A DNA stretch of 64,000 nucleotides from Octopus sinensis (taxonomy: Eukaryota), in NCBI RefSeq assembly GCF_006345805.1, contig NC_043007.1, positions 4,650,001 through 4,714,000 of the forward strand, given 5' to 3'. The notes beneath the pieces are model-generated. The model had not been told where the DNA came from and did no database searches. It saw only the letters and a list, made by a program, of their open reading frames with translations. The position numbers and the translations under genes were made by a program. Below, in pieces: positions 51,566 to 63,734 of this stretch. Each line of letters opens with the position of its first letter. Position 1 is the stretch's first letter.

Positions 51566-52070
51566 GATGCAGTACCAGGCAGCAGCTCTCATGGCTTCTG
51601 ATCTTAACTGATTGGAAGTGTTATCATGTACATTGTTTTGTCTTGGTATAAAAGATGGGCTACAGCAAATATTCTGCTTAACACCACAGATTTGCTTGTC
51701 AGTTGTTTGACCTTAACCAGTTGAGCATGTCCCTTAGTGGCTGTCGATATGTGTATCTCTGATCACAAGCAGAAGTAGCAGGGGAGTATCATAGCTATAC
51801 ACTGAGAGGAATTCTTAGAGGTTTCAATAATTCCCCTTTGGAAACATGGGTGTTTCATTCAACATCATTAAACAACCCTTATTCAGGGACCTATTCAACC
51901 TGAGGACAACTCTAACCTGCAAGGTCATGCGCTATTTATCTTGATATGAGACCAGCATGTTGCACACATTGTGATGCATGTAGTCACTGTACCCTTATCT
52001 GATGGGTATACTAGGCTTCGTATATTTGTATCCCAGTATCACTTTGATGGCATGCACTGCTCTCTCACTC
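51566..52070 (+). mobile_element. (TAA)n-associated non-coding element S4
   Basis: Four copies in the window with shared ends; no tRNA head and no convincing ORF. Confidence 0.75.
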
Positions 52071-52102
<32 letters not shown>

Positions 52103-52264
52103 GGTAAAAATGTCACTATCCTCTGGGATTTTCCAATCATCACTGACAGAATGATCCAAGCTAATTGACAAAACATAGTCATTAAAGACTAGGAAGAAAA
52201 TGTATGTAGACTAACAAAAGTGTTCCGACTGATTAAAATATATCTGTAAAAGAATTTGACAAAT

Positions 52265-52600
52265 TAAGTAAATATAAGGACCTGGAAATTGAAATACAAA
52301 AGATGAGGCACCTTAAAGTGAGAACTGTTCCTGTTATTGTAGATGTCCTGGGTATGATAGAAAAAGGGATGTCAGAAACATCTAAACAACATCTCAGGAG
52401 AACCATGTCTCAGAGAAACCCAAAAGCTTGTGCTGACAAGTACTGCCCACATCCTAAGAAAAACTTTATCAATTTAAATGTCTGTGTTGTATTACATGAA
52501 GTTACTTTGCTACTTCCCCTGCCACTTGCCACTTCCCCAAGCTTTCAGTCATCCTTTAAAATCTCTTACCTGTCACTCACCTTAGGATGCTGGGTGTGTT
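52265..52600 (+). mobile_element. R4/Dong-type 3' fragment
   Basis: Close match to the reverse complement of 40385-40765. Confidence 0.7.
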
Positions 52601-52666
52601 TCAACAAATGATTGTAACAAACACTGAGATTAAAAGTAAAAAAAACAACAACAACAGTAATAATAA

Positions 52667-52882
52667 TTCTTTCTATTATAGCACAAGGCCTGAAATTTTG
52701 TGACAGGGGACTAGTCGATTACACTGACCCCAGTACTCAACTGGTACTTAATTTATTAACCCAGAAAGGATGAAAGACACAGTTGACCTCAGCAGAATTT
52801 GAACTCAGAATCTAGCGACAGGCAAAATGCTACTAAGCATTTTGTCTGGTGTGCTAACAATTCTGCCAGCTCACTGCCTTAA
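52667..52882 (-). mobile_element. Deu/Nin-type tRNA SINE (S1 variant)
   Basis: Colinear with 50512-50720. Confidence 0.7.
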
Positions 52883-53149
52883 TAATAATAACAATAATAA
52901 TAATAATAATAACAACAACAATGAGGATGATGATGATAAGGAGAATTGTTTTTAACCTTGGCAGTGGGTCAGTAATTTTTTAGGGGAGCGGAATAGTCAA
53001 TTAAACTGGTCCTTGTTTTGTTAACTCCAAAAAGTTTAAAGGCACAACTGACATATCGGCAAAATTTGAATTGAAGACACAAAAGATCTAAGAGAAATAC
53101 CACAAGGCATTTTTTTTAGGATGTTCTAATCATAATAATAAATAAGGAG

Positions 53150-53403
53150 GAGGAGGATGATGATGAAGATGATGACAATGATAATGATGAAAATTTTGAT
53201 GATGGTGGTGGTGTTGGCAACTACAATGACGATGATCACAATGATGATGATGATGTTGACAATGATAACGATGATGATGATTATGGTGAGGATGATGATG
53301 ACGATTATGATAATATTGATGATGATGATGAAAATGATGACAATGTCGTCAATGATGATGACGATGACGAGAACGACGATGATGATGATGATGATGATGA
53401 TGA
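53150..53403. repeat. Imperfect (GAT)n trinucleotide tract
   Basis: Directly visible; source of the poly-Met ORF. Confidence 0.9.
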
Positions 53404-53994
53404 AAGTAAACTGTATCTCACATCAAATATATTTCGCTTTGCCTTGGGAACAATAGTGTTAATTAATAGTGTTAATTAATCTGAACATTATTTGCATCAG
53501 TTCTGCATTCTTGTTTTGTTGCAACCAAATGGTTGTGATGCAATGTGTTGTGATGTGAAGTTTGGGACTGCTGCATTCTATCTCTCCAACAAAACTCCAA
53601 CTGAATGGTGAGGTTAGAGCGATGATTAAACAGATAAGTTGATATAATAGCTCCAAGGTCAAACTAAGATGATGTCTGTAGAAAACATGGCTTCTGGAAG
53701 GATCTGTAAATATACTAAGACTTCCAAGAAGATCTATGGCTTTGCTTAAGAAGATAAGATTTACAGATATTGTTGAGAAGTGCAACTCTAATGGTTGTTG
53801 CATAACATTTTCCGTAGTTTCATGCTGCTCATTGGAATATTAACAAACACATGCAATTCAAGCAAATGCATCGAATGCAGTCGGGGGGAGGGGGCGGAAG
53901 GATTGTGCTGTTCAGGGAGTTAATCTCAAGTGTTTCAGTTCAAAACTCAAACACGGTTTTTACAGTATGTGGAAGCTCATTAGTCGTTTACATC

Positions 53995-54315
53995 AATCTC
54001 TCTGTCTCTCAGTCTACCTATCTAGCTGTCTACCTGTCTGTCTGTCTGTCAGTTTACCTATCTACCTATCTACCTGTTTGTCTATCTACCTACCAACCTG
54101 TTTATCTAACTATCTATCTGTCTAACTGTCTGTCAGTCTACCTATCTAGCTACCTACCTGTCTATCTATTTATCTACCTGTCTGTCTATCTACCTGTCTG
54201 TCTATCTGTCTGTCTAACTATCTATCTACCTACCAACCTGTCTATCTACCTATCTGTCTGTCTCTCTATCTACCTACCAACCAACCTGTCTATTTATCTA
54301 CCTGTCTGTCTGTAT
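53995..54315. repeat. (TCTA/TCTG)n tetranucleotide tract
   Basis: Directly visible. Confidence 0.9.
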
Positions 54316-54883
54316 GTGTGTATATATATAAGAAAAATCAATTTGATTTTCGAAATCTGTGTCCTGACAAGTTATTCAGTTAGAGTCAATCAAAAAGTTT
54401 CATTTGCTACTTTTAGATCAACCAATCTCCTACTCTGTCTCCATCAAGCTCTCTCTCTCTCCATTTTATACCTTTCTCCTCTGTATATATATTTACCACA
54501 CTTTTATCACTCTGTGTATGTACCGGGTTTTGTAACAGTCCTGTAACACTTGGTTTTGGGTCTTTCGAGAGGTTAGCATGTATGATAGAAAAAATGTATG
54601 ACAGAAATGTATGATAGAAAAAGTGCCATCAAACAGACTTAAAGCGCTACTTTTCCAGCACATGTTATTAAAACCTCTTTCACATTAACGCTAGATGTTA
54701 TATAGACTACGTCATATGTAAACAAACATAAGTTTGTTTTTAAAGCATTGAAATGTAACTTCTGGCAAAGTTTTCTGCTCTTATAAAGGATTTTATCCTT
54801 TATATATACTGTTCAGTATTTAAGTGTTGAAAAATAGATATACCTTTCTACTTTATCTTTAACATTGTGTTCAGGTGTATTCA

Positions 54884-55690
54884 GATGGAAATGAAAATAA
54901 CTGAGATCTCCACTCTCCTGCACACGGGCCACAACAAGTCCAACATTGCCAAGTGGCTCGATGTTAGGCAGAAGACTGTCCACAGAGTCACAGAGAGGCT
55001 CAAGTATGGGAAAGGCCTCAAAGATCGACCTTGATCAGGTAGACTGCAAGTTGTCAACCATTTGGCTGTGTGAAAGGCCTTTGAAAGTGATCTGAAACTC
55101 AAAATAACTGTGTTTGCAAAGAATAACAAACATCTTGGTGGCCATGGTGTCTAGGGCCATCAAGGAGGAGGGCAGCAGGAGCTTGAAGTGCATGGAAAGG
55201 CCTCTGCTCACCGACCATATGTGAGAACAACGTTGGAGGTGCTGCCATTGTTTTCTCAATGACGAAGTTTCAAAGCAATCGAATTCTCATTTTTTCTCTG
55301 ATGAAAATCCCTTCACAGTCAATCTGGTCATCAACAAGCAGAACAGCCACATGATCAGCTTCGGCCAGGACATTTCCGAGGTCCACTACATGTCCACAAC
55401 AAAGCACTCAACCTCCATGATAATGCTTGGTGCCGTGGCTTTGAATGTCAAGAAGATGCTGTCAGTGTGGTTCACAGCCAGTTACAGGCTCACCGTGGCC
55501 AACTACAGGGACATTTTGGTCGTGAAAGTCCTGCCCTGGGTGAGAAAGATCACGAAGAAGGTGAAGTATGTCTTTCAGAAGGATGGTGCCCAGGACCACA
55601 CAGCAGAGGCCATGCAAGCGCAGTTGGGGCCAGACATGAACTTCTGGTCGAAGGACTTTTGCAAGCACAGTCACCCAACCTCATACATAT
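54884..55690 (+). pseudogene. Tc1/mariner-superfamily transposase pseudogene, maT (DD37D)-like
   Basis: HTH-like N-terminus; FSDE; MSTTKHSTSMIMLGAVA; VLPWVRK..YVFQKDGAQDHTA; NFWSKDF then AQSPNL in a shifted frame; truncated by (TA)n before the third catalytic residue. Confidence 0.75.
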
Positions 55691-55709
55691 ATATATATAT
55701 ATGTATATA

Positions 55710-55760
<51 letters not shown>

Positions 55761-55988
55761 TATAAGAGGTAATGGTGTCATTGAGACCCAAAGGTGTCAG
55801 GTAATGCTAAATACCATTACATCTTACTCATAAGGTATTGGAATTTTACATATATACCATTCTGCCTAAAATATGGATCTACAAATTCAATATCCCTACA
55901 TATCTCACATCTATTTCCTTTCCTCCACCTCACTCTCTATTTTGTATCCCATCTAAATTAAGTATTACTTAACTATCCTCTCACACCA

Positions 55989-56038
55989 TCTCTGATGAAG
56001 GGATATAATTAATAAATATCCTGGAAACAGCTGTAAGA
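55989..56038 (+). ncRNA. Type I hammerhead motif (family F)
   Basis: TCT-CTGATGA-a-GGGATAT-aattaataa-ATATCCT-g-GAAA-CAGCTG-TA-AGA; GUA site after 56035. Confidence 0.7.
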
Positions 56039-56337
56039 CCTTCTATCTATAAATGTTCTAATATCTACACAGCCTTGGTTTTTTTATCTCTTTCTGAAAA
56101 AAATTCTTATATTATATATATATACATACATACATATACATGTAAATAGGCAAACGAGAGAAACAAATGGAAAACAGGACAAGTAACATAAAGAACGACC
56201 CTTCATCAGTTGTTGGCTTTCTATCTACTCCTCATTTGTGTATATATATATATATAGTCATCTAAGAGACCATAAATCAGGGAAAAGATGTACTTGTATA
56301 TCTGTCAGTAGAGTGGGTGTATTATCTGAAATGTATA

Positions 56338-56500
56338 CTACTCGCGGAGTGGTTGGCGTTAGGAAGGGCATCCAGCTGTAGAAACACTGCCAGATCAGAC
56401 TGGAGCCTGGTGCAGCCCCTGGCTTCCCAGACCCCAGTCGAACCATCCAGCCCGTGCTAGCACGGAAAACGGACGTTAAACGATGATGATGATGATGATG
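56338..56500 (+). mobile_element. RTE 3' end fragment
   Basis: Nearly identical to 8877-9033, with a (GAT)n tail. Confidence 0.8.
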
Positions 56501-56514
56501 AATATCCATCATGG

Positions 56515-56670
56515 CTGATCTTACCAATCGGTTTCATGTAAAGAATAGAATGGAATGTTATGCAACAAACCAATTATATAACTTTGCGCTCATCAGAGTT
56601 AGCCGATATGGAATATTGCCATATTCCCTTCCATATCAGCTAAGTCTGATGAGCGTAAAGTTATATCATC
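56515..56670 (-). ncRNA. Decayed long-stem-II hammerhead with partial inverted duplication (family G)
   Basis: Reverse strand CT-CTGATGA-GCGCAAAG..CTTTACAT-GAAA-CCGATTGG-TA-AG; 38-bp inverted repeat 56575-56612 / 56629-56666. Confidence 0.55.
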
Positions 56671-57200
56671 AGACTGTTACCTACCTCATTAGACCCCCCC
56701 ACACACACCCTTAGCACCACCACTACCGACACAGCAGGCAACTGTCACCACCACCAACAACAACAACAGCAGCTAATTCCCTCAAGCCGCATACTTACTC
56801 CTACCACTATAACAACAATCCTAGACACTACTACAACCACCACTATTGCCACTACTACTTCTACTACTACCACCATCACCACCACCACTACTACTATTCC
56901 CCCAAATATCAAAATAAGTGTTGATACAAAATTGGGGAGCATTGCCCCCTTTGGTTAAATAAGGGGATTTTAAAATTGCTATCTGTTAACTGTATTGTAA
57001 GAGCCCCTGTTTAAAACGGGTAAACATGCCATTACAACTGGTACCACATTCACACACACACTCTCTTTGTACCACCAGCACCACCATACCAGCATTACCA
57101 TTGCCATCACTTTTAGATGTGAAAGAAGACTGGAGACTGACATTATAGATTATCTTTATGTAAAGTATTGATATGCACACACACACACACATAAAATATA

Positions 57201-57253
<53 letters not shown>

Positions 57254-57320
57254 ATGTCTATACATATCTGTGTATGTGTTCCTTGTTATTACGTCTGGGA
57301 TGAATATTTAATATTTATTC

Positions 57321-57359
<39 letters not shown>

Positions 57360-57444
57360 CACATATGCACACACATACTGGCATACACATGCCCTCTCAG
57401 ACTAGATATTCATGAATTCACACAAGAACACAAACACAAATACG

Positions 57445-57492
57445 TAGATGCAAACACACACACACACACACACACACAACACACACACATAC

Positions 57493-57523
<31 letters not shown>

Positions 57524-57578
57524 AACGCACACACACACACACTCACACACACACACACCACACACACACACACACACA
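57445..57578. repeat. (CA)n microsatellite
   Basis: Directly visible. Confidence 0.95.
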
Positions 57579-58299
57579 GAGGCACGGCTTTTAAACATTG
57601 ATTTGAGAAGAAGAAAAAATTCTGGCTGAGTGTTCATTTACCGATTGTAAGAGGTTAAGAAATTTTAGTAATGTCTCATGTAAAAACAGTTTCTTTTGAA
57701 CATACGATCTTGTCTTTGACACTGAAGTGCTGTTCTTTAAATGTGCGTAGCAGGCTTCATTTGCTGACAAGTTCGACAAAAGGAAACAACACTGAGATGA
57801 AATTTCTGGACAATCTTATGGAGTCTTCTTGAAATAATCTTTATGAAACTGAATCATTGTGACAGACCAAAATAATGGGAATAGTGTTTCTCTTGTAAAG
57901 CCATTCCTTGCCTCTTGTACACTCTGCATCTACTTTACATGTTAAGACTCCATTTCAGTTTCCAATTGAGGGTGTCTTGAAATGGCTGTTTGGTTAAGAA
58001 TGTTACATCACATCTAACCATTCCCTGATTCCTGGTTTCTATCTCCATTGTGTGACATCTTGAAGAATCCTACACAACAGTCTCAGTCTTGTGACAGATC
58101 CACATCTTGTGAGTGTAACCGGGTAGATGAGACCCATAGAGAAGCCTATCTGATGAGCAGGGCTTGTTCCTGGGTAGCAGATTTAGTCTGTCAATCAATT
58201 CAACACTGCTGCCAAGAGTGTCTTTGGCAGGGTTCACTCTGTGGCTAACATTTAGATCAGATCTCAAATTTGAGGATAAATTAATATTGTGGGACATCT

Positions 58300-58420
58300 T
58301 TTTTCAACTGCAACAGCAGAAGTTGTACTTTCTTTCATATTTTTCCTTCCTACCAATCTGAAAGACACTCCAAAATCCATGAATGTTGCCTTTTCACTTA
58401 CCAGACACACAGACACTGCA
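58300..58420 (-). mobile_element. Possible very old LINE RT remnant
   Basis: ATFMDFGVSFRLVGRKNM resembles F-x-DF-x-KAFD-x-V-x-R. Confidence 0.3.
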
Positions 58421-58454
58421 AATTTTGTGAGTGCTGCTCTTTCTGGTACTTGTC

Positions 58455-58885
58455 TCAGGAGCATCATCATCATCGTCGTCGCTTAACATCCACTTTCCAT
58501 GCTGGCATGGGTTGGACGGTTTGACTGAGGACTGGCAAGCTAGTAGGCTGCAAAAGGCTCCAATCTGATCTGGTAATGTTTCTACAGTTGGATGCCCTTC
58601 CTAACGCCAACCACTTTGAGAGTGTAGTGGGTGCTTTTTACATGCCACCGGCACAAGGACCAGTCAGGTGGTACTGGCATCAACCACTTGAATGGTGCTT
58701 TTTACATGCCACCAGCATAGGAGCTAGTTGGTGAGGGGGGGCACTGGCATCAACCACACTTGAATGGCGCTTTTTATGTGTCACCGGCACGGGAGCCAGT
58801 CAAGGAGTACTGGCATCAACCACGCTTGAATGGTGCTTTTTACATGTCACTGGCACAAGACCAGTCAGGTGGCACTGGCATTCAC
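58455..58885 (-). mobile_element. RTE 3'UTR fragment with tandem units
   Basis: Colinear with 31583-32065. Confidence 0.7.
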
Positions 58886-59781
58886 CCCTAAAAAGAATAT
58901 AAGTACTGCTCCTAACAATCTCAAAGATACTGTAAAGCTCATCTGTGCAATCAATTCTTCCCTGACAAAACCATAACAATTCAAAGAAAATATTCTCATT
59001 CTGGTGGTGCTTATTTTTCTCATGTACATTTCTCTCCCTTTTGTACAAACTAATGTTCATCATCCTCATCACTGTCGTCATCTTCAATGTCATCATCATC
59101 ATCATCATCACCATTATCACTGTCTCCATCATCACTGTTACCGTCATCATTGCCATCTTTGTCATCATTATCATTGTTGTCGTCATCATTACCATCATCA
59201 TCACTATCATCAGCATCATCATTTTAATATCTACTTTTCCATGCCTGCAAGGGTTGAACAGAGGCTTTTGATGCAATTTTTCTATGGCTGGATGCCCTTC
59301 CTGTTGCCAACCCTTACCTATTTCCAAACCAAAAAATGTTTCCCTACAGCCAACACATTCACAAAGAATATTGGAAATGAACGACACTCATTTGCAACAT
59401 TTATAAAGCTGTTAAGACAAGGGGACGGACACACACACACACTTAAGTGTTGTATATATAAATATATATGCGTGTGTGTGTGCGTGATGGGTTTCCTTTA
59501 GTTTTCATCCCTCAAATCCACTCACACAGCTTTTAAAACTACAAAATAATCAAACAGAAAATCTAAACAAAGTTTGATTAAAAATAAGTGGAAAACAATT
59601 AGTTAACCATCGTGAAGAATATTTGCCACCTGTCAATAGCCAGCTGGAGGAGATGTCTTCCTGGGGCTACAAGCTACAGTAGCATCGACCCTTAAGGGTT
59701 CACCACATTTAAGTGGCAAATATACTTCACAATGTTGTGCTGCTACTGTTTATACCTCGCTCAGAGATTTATTATAACTAA

Positions 59782-60008
59782 TTAACCCTTTAACCCTTTA
59801 AGCTGTCCATACCTGACCCAAACGTTCTACTTGTTTTAGGTTAAAAAATGACCAGATCTGGCTTCTCACACCTACTCTACAATGTCATTCTAAAAACTGA
59901 CAATCTCACTATCAAAATTTGAAAGGTTAGGGTTATGCATGATTTATTCAAAGCAATGTGAATAAACAAGCATTTCATTTGACAGTAATTGGAATGTTTA
60001 GGGTTTAA
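59782..60008. mobile_element. piggyBac-like MITE
   Basis: TTAA-CCCTTTA at the left and TTTAGGG-TTTAA at the right (imperfect). Confidence 0.55.
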
Positions 60009-60123
60009 TTCTCCATCCCCCACACAAATATTCATGGCTGTCAATCCAACTTTGACCTTCATTATCAATCCCTACCAACGGACAAATATAATGTGAATCA
60101 GTAAAAAAATCCCAACAGTAAAA

Positions 60124-60368
60124 TACATTATTTACATTTGACAAATATTTGTCCTCATCCTGTTTGTTGTTAACACAATGTTTCGGCTGATGTAATCTCC
60201 AGCCTTCATCAGGTGTCCTGGGGGAATTTCAAATCTGAGTTCTCATTCCTAAGGTATTTTTCAATGTTATTATTATTATTATTACTATTCAGGTCACTGC
60301 CTGGAATCGAACTCAGAAACTTGGGGTTAGTAGCCCGTGCTCTTAATCACTACACCATATGCCCATGG
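60124..60368 (-). mobile_element. Family A hammerhead SINE, full-length monomer
   Basis: Complete tRNA-like head (GGGCATATGGTGTAGTG..GGCTACTAACCCC..GAGTTCGATTCC), (AAT)n, HHR 60172-60217 with intact CTGATGA/GAAA but CGTT>CATT. Confidence 0.85.
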
Positions 60369-60974
60369 GAAATTATGGAGTGAATTTTAGGGCTTATGAA
60401 TCCAATATTTTCCTATCCTTCCTTAATACCGGTTCCCATATACTGTTCATATCTGCACTTGGTCTCTTTAGGGGGTTGTTGCATCCTAGCATATGTGCTG
60501 CCTCTTCTGGTTTTCATATTTTCCAGTGGTGTTCCCTGTCTAATATTTTAACTTCATCCCAAGGTGTAGTACAGTGAGATTGAACCTGGAACCTTTATGG
60601 ATGAAAAGCAAACATGTTAACCAGACAACTATGCCTTCATCCCAAAGTATTACGATGATTTGCTGATAAGTTAATAGCGAAGAATAAAAAGAAAGTTAGA
60701 TGTTAGTATTATTTACATTTATTTGGTTCCGAAATTTGAATCGTAATTTCATAAAAGGCTTACCTTATATGGAAGAAGAATAATTTCTGGAAAATGAAAT
60801 TAAAAGAAATCAAAATTTTATTTACCTTAGAAAGCAACAACAACAGTAAGAACAAAAAGTATCTAATTCAATAATATGCAAACATATTTTGGGGGGAAAG
60901 TTAAAATAATATTAAATGCATTGTTAAAACTCAATAAAAAGAATTGAAAGAGGAGAGAAGAAAGAAATCAATAG

Positions 60975-61130
60975 GAGGAGAAGAAGAAGAAGAAGAAGAA
61001 GAAAAGAAGAAGAAGAAGAAGAAGAAGAAGAAGAGGAAGAGGAAGAAAAAGAATAAGAGGAAAAAGAGGGAGAAAAGAAGAAAAAGAAGAAGGTAGAGGC
61101 AAAGGGAGGGAGGGAGGAGGAGACACTGAA
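60975..61130. repeat. (GAA)n / purine-rich tract
   Basis: Directly visible. Confidence 0.9.
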
Positions 61131-63734
61131 GAAAGGAAAGCGCAGAGAGTGTTAAGCCAGTTTCTTCACCATTGGTGCTGCTTCTATATGAAAGCACAAA
61201 GGAGTTAGAGAATGTCTAAAGCTATATTTTGGTATGGCATCAATATATAAAATTAAATCTAAGAGAAGACACCTCTGGTTGTAATGGTTAAGTATTTCAA
61301 AATAAAACTTTTGGAATTATTAGTTGTTTTCCATATTTTTGTTTCGTTTTTGCCTTCAATTTTATTTCAAACCAAATTAAAGTCAATAAAAAGTTATTAT
61401 TTAGAATTTATTGCTTGATTTTCATCTTTCTTTCTTTCTTTCACTCTTTCTTTCTTTCTTATTATTCAATAGTTTTAATCCCACTCAAAACTATTCATAT
61501 CTTTAAAAATACTGTGTGTATATATATATATATGTACATGTGCACACATGTGCATACATATACATACATATATATTATATATATATATATATGTGCACAT
61601 ACACATATACATGTATGTATGTATAAACCATGCCAGCATGGAACAAGGACTTTCAATGATGGTGATGATGATGATGATGATGAGGAGGAGGAGGAGGAGG
61701 AGGAGGGGTGAATATAACATAATTATGCAACAAATATGCTAATTCAACAATAGAAGGGAAATTGCACCATGCTATCATCATCATTATCAGCAGCAGCAGC
61801 ATCCTCATCATTGTCGTTATCATCATTTAACATCCATGTTCCACGCTGGCTTAGGTTGGAACCATCTCATGGTTCCAAGCCTGCAGCATGCTCCAGTCTC
61901 TGATTTGACATGCTTCCTATGGCTGGATGCTCTTCCTAATGCCAACCACTATACAGAGTGTGGACTGGGTGCCTTTTACACGGCACCAGCACCAGTGAGG
62001 TTTCCATGCCACTTGCAAGACTGTGAACTCTGAGAAGAGCAGCTTTATGCTAGAAGATGGGGTGCCTGGGTGGAGTGTCAAGACACAAGATGTGTAGAAG
62101 TGGAATCAGAGGAAATGAGGGTGGGGGTAGATGTTGTAAGAGTGTAAGGGAGAGTAAGATGGGAAATAGATGATGGGGGAGTGAATATAATGATTGAAGA
62201 ACAGGTAGTGAGGCTGGGTGCAGTGAATGATGGATAAAGTGGGGGTGGTGCTTGTGGGTAAAGTGTAAGAGAATTGTAATATTGATAAAGTAGAGAAGGG
62301 AGGGGTGGGCATGAGAGAGAGAGAATGAAATGATGCGTGGTTGGCTAGGTTGCTAGAGTGTGTGGGGGGTGGGGGTGAAAGATATATCGTGGCAAAGAAG
62401 GGGAGATAATTTGGTGGTTCAGGTAAGTGATCAATGTAAAATGTGGGTAGAGAGGACAGTATAAGGATGAATATCAAGTGAAAAAGATTAATGGTATCAA
62501 GGAAAAGCTGCAGAGAGATGATGAGTGGTGGTGGTAGTGAGGGTTGAAGAGGAAACTGGGTGGCAGGCCCGGTTGCGTACACACACACACACACACAGTA
62601 CATAGTGGCTTTGGTTTGTTGATTTGGACATGTATTCTCAAGAACTGCATATTGCCAGTTATTTCAATCCCTAATCCTTTCCTCCATAAGGCTCAAGATC
62701 CTGCAGTCAGCTTTCATTACCTTGTTCTTTATCTTCCTGTGTTACCCCCTTTCACAAACTCAATCCACCTTCTTTATATACATCTGTCCCCAACCAAATA
62801 CATCACGGGCCCCTACCAGTGCAGTCTTCTTTCTCATATGCTACATCTAATTCCTCTTATGCCCAGTTTTTCCTCTCAGCACATTTCTATGATGTCATTC
62901 TTGTACACTTATGTTGCCCATCCTACAGAGCATGCTCACTTTACTTCTTTGAAATCTTCAAAATTCCCCTGCATTCAAGGCCCAAGTTTCACTTCTTTGT
63001 AGCATCACAATTCTAAGACAAGCCCCCATACAAACTACCCTCCATCCTGAAAAGAAAGACCTTTGCTAATAGCAGCAGCTGAACTTTCTCCAAACTCTTC
63101 TTATCCTGGTGTTATATTTTCCGAGCAATCATGTCGACCAGCCTCCAAAGTGCCTTTGGAGGCTGGGCAACTGGAGGCTGTAAATTCCAACATCTGAATA
63201 GAATATGGCCTTTTGACCACTTCCTTTCAGATATTAATTTGGTTGTCTTTGGATTTGTGTTGTTTGTTTTCACAAGCTTTGATACCTCTCTCCTATTTTG
63301 AAAATCCTTATTTCATCCTGTTTGTTTATAAATATCACTAACCTCATAGACTGATTGTACTTCACCAGACGGCAGCCAAATACCACCTGAGATAATATGG
63401 AGGTTGCACAGTGAAACAGGTTTATGCAACATTATGTAATGTACTTTGTATTTGTACAAAATAATCATATTATTGAAACGTGCATAGTGACGCTTGGGCC
63501 ATTCATTCTCTTCTGCTTACTAAATGACACACATATGTGACATATACACAAAATTTGCAGGATATTCTGGATCTGCAATGCAGGAAACTCTGTGTGGACA
63601 GCTATACTGACCAGTTGAATGACCTGGAATACTTTCTTTCAGAGAAATCTTTTAACCAAAGATATGTGGAGGTGCTTCCAAGTTAATTTACCATGATAAG
63701 TTTGATCCCTGTTCCATTATTGTATTTATATATA

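Noticed and set aside
53157-53456. 99-aa poly-Met ORF (and His/Ile-rich ORFs at 58800-59501)
   Set aside because: Translations of (GAT)n/(CAT)n tracts.
53851-54546. 231-aa ORF, the longest in the track
   Set aside because: Mostly translated (TCTA)n/(TCTG)n repeat.
56150-56240. Minus-strand CTGATGA next to the HHR cluster
   Set aside because: No GAAA follows a plausible stem II; may be a truncated repeat but cannot be called an HHR.
58145-58180. CTGATGA-G-CAGG..CCTG hairpin
   Set aside because: Followed by GGTAG rather than GAAA, with no stem I partner.
60295-60368. tRNA gene-like sequence (also other SINE heads)
   Set aside because: Imperfect acceptor stem, continues directly into SINE body and occurs as dispersed degenerate copies; treated as SINE heads, not tRNA genes.
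62080-62600. Purine-rich strand-biased tract with a 165-aa minus ORF, compositionally like the PLE remnant at 3330
   Set aside because: No recognisable RT or endonuclease motif; low complexity explains the open frame.
63566-63685. Open frame after TTTGCAG (DILDLQCRKLCVDSYTDQLNDLEYFLSEKSFNQRYVEVLPS*)
   Set aside because: Weak acceptor tract, no good donor and no recognised homology; not supportable without RNA data.
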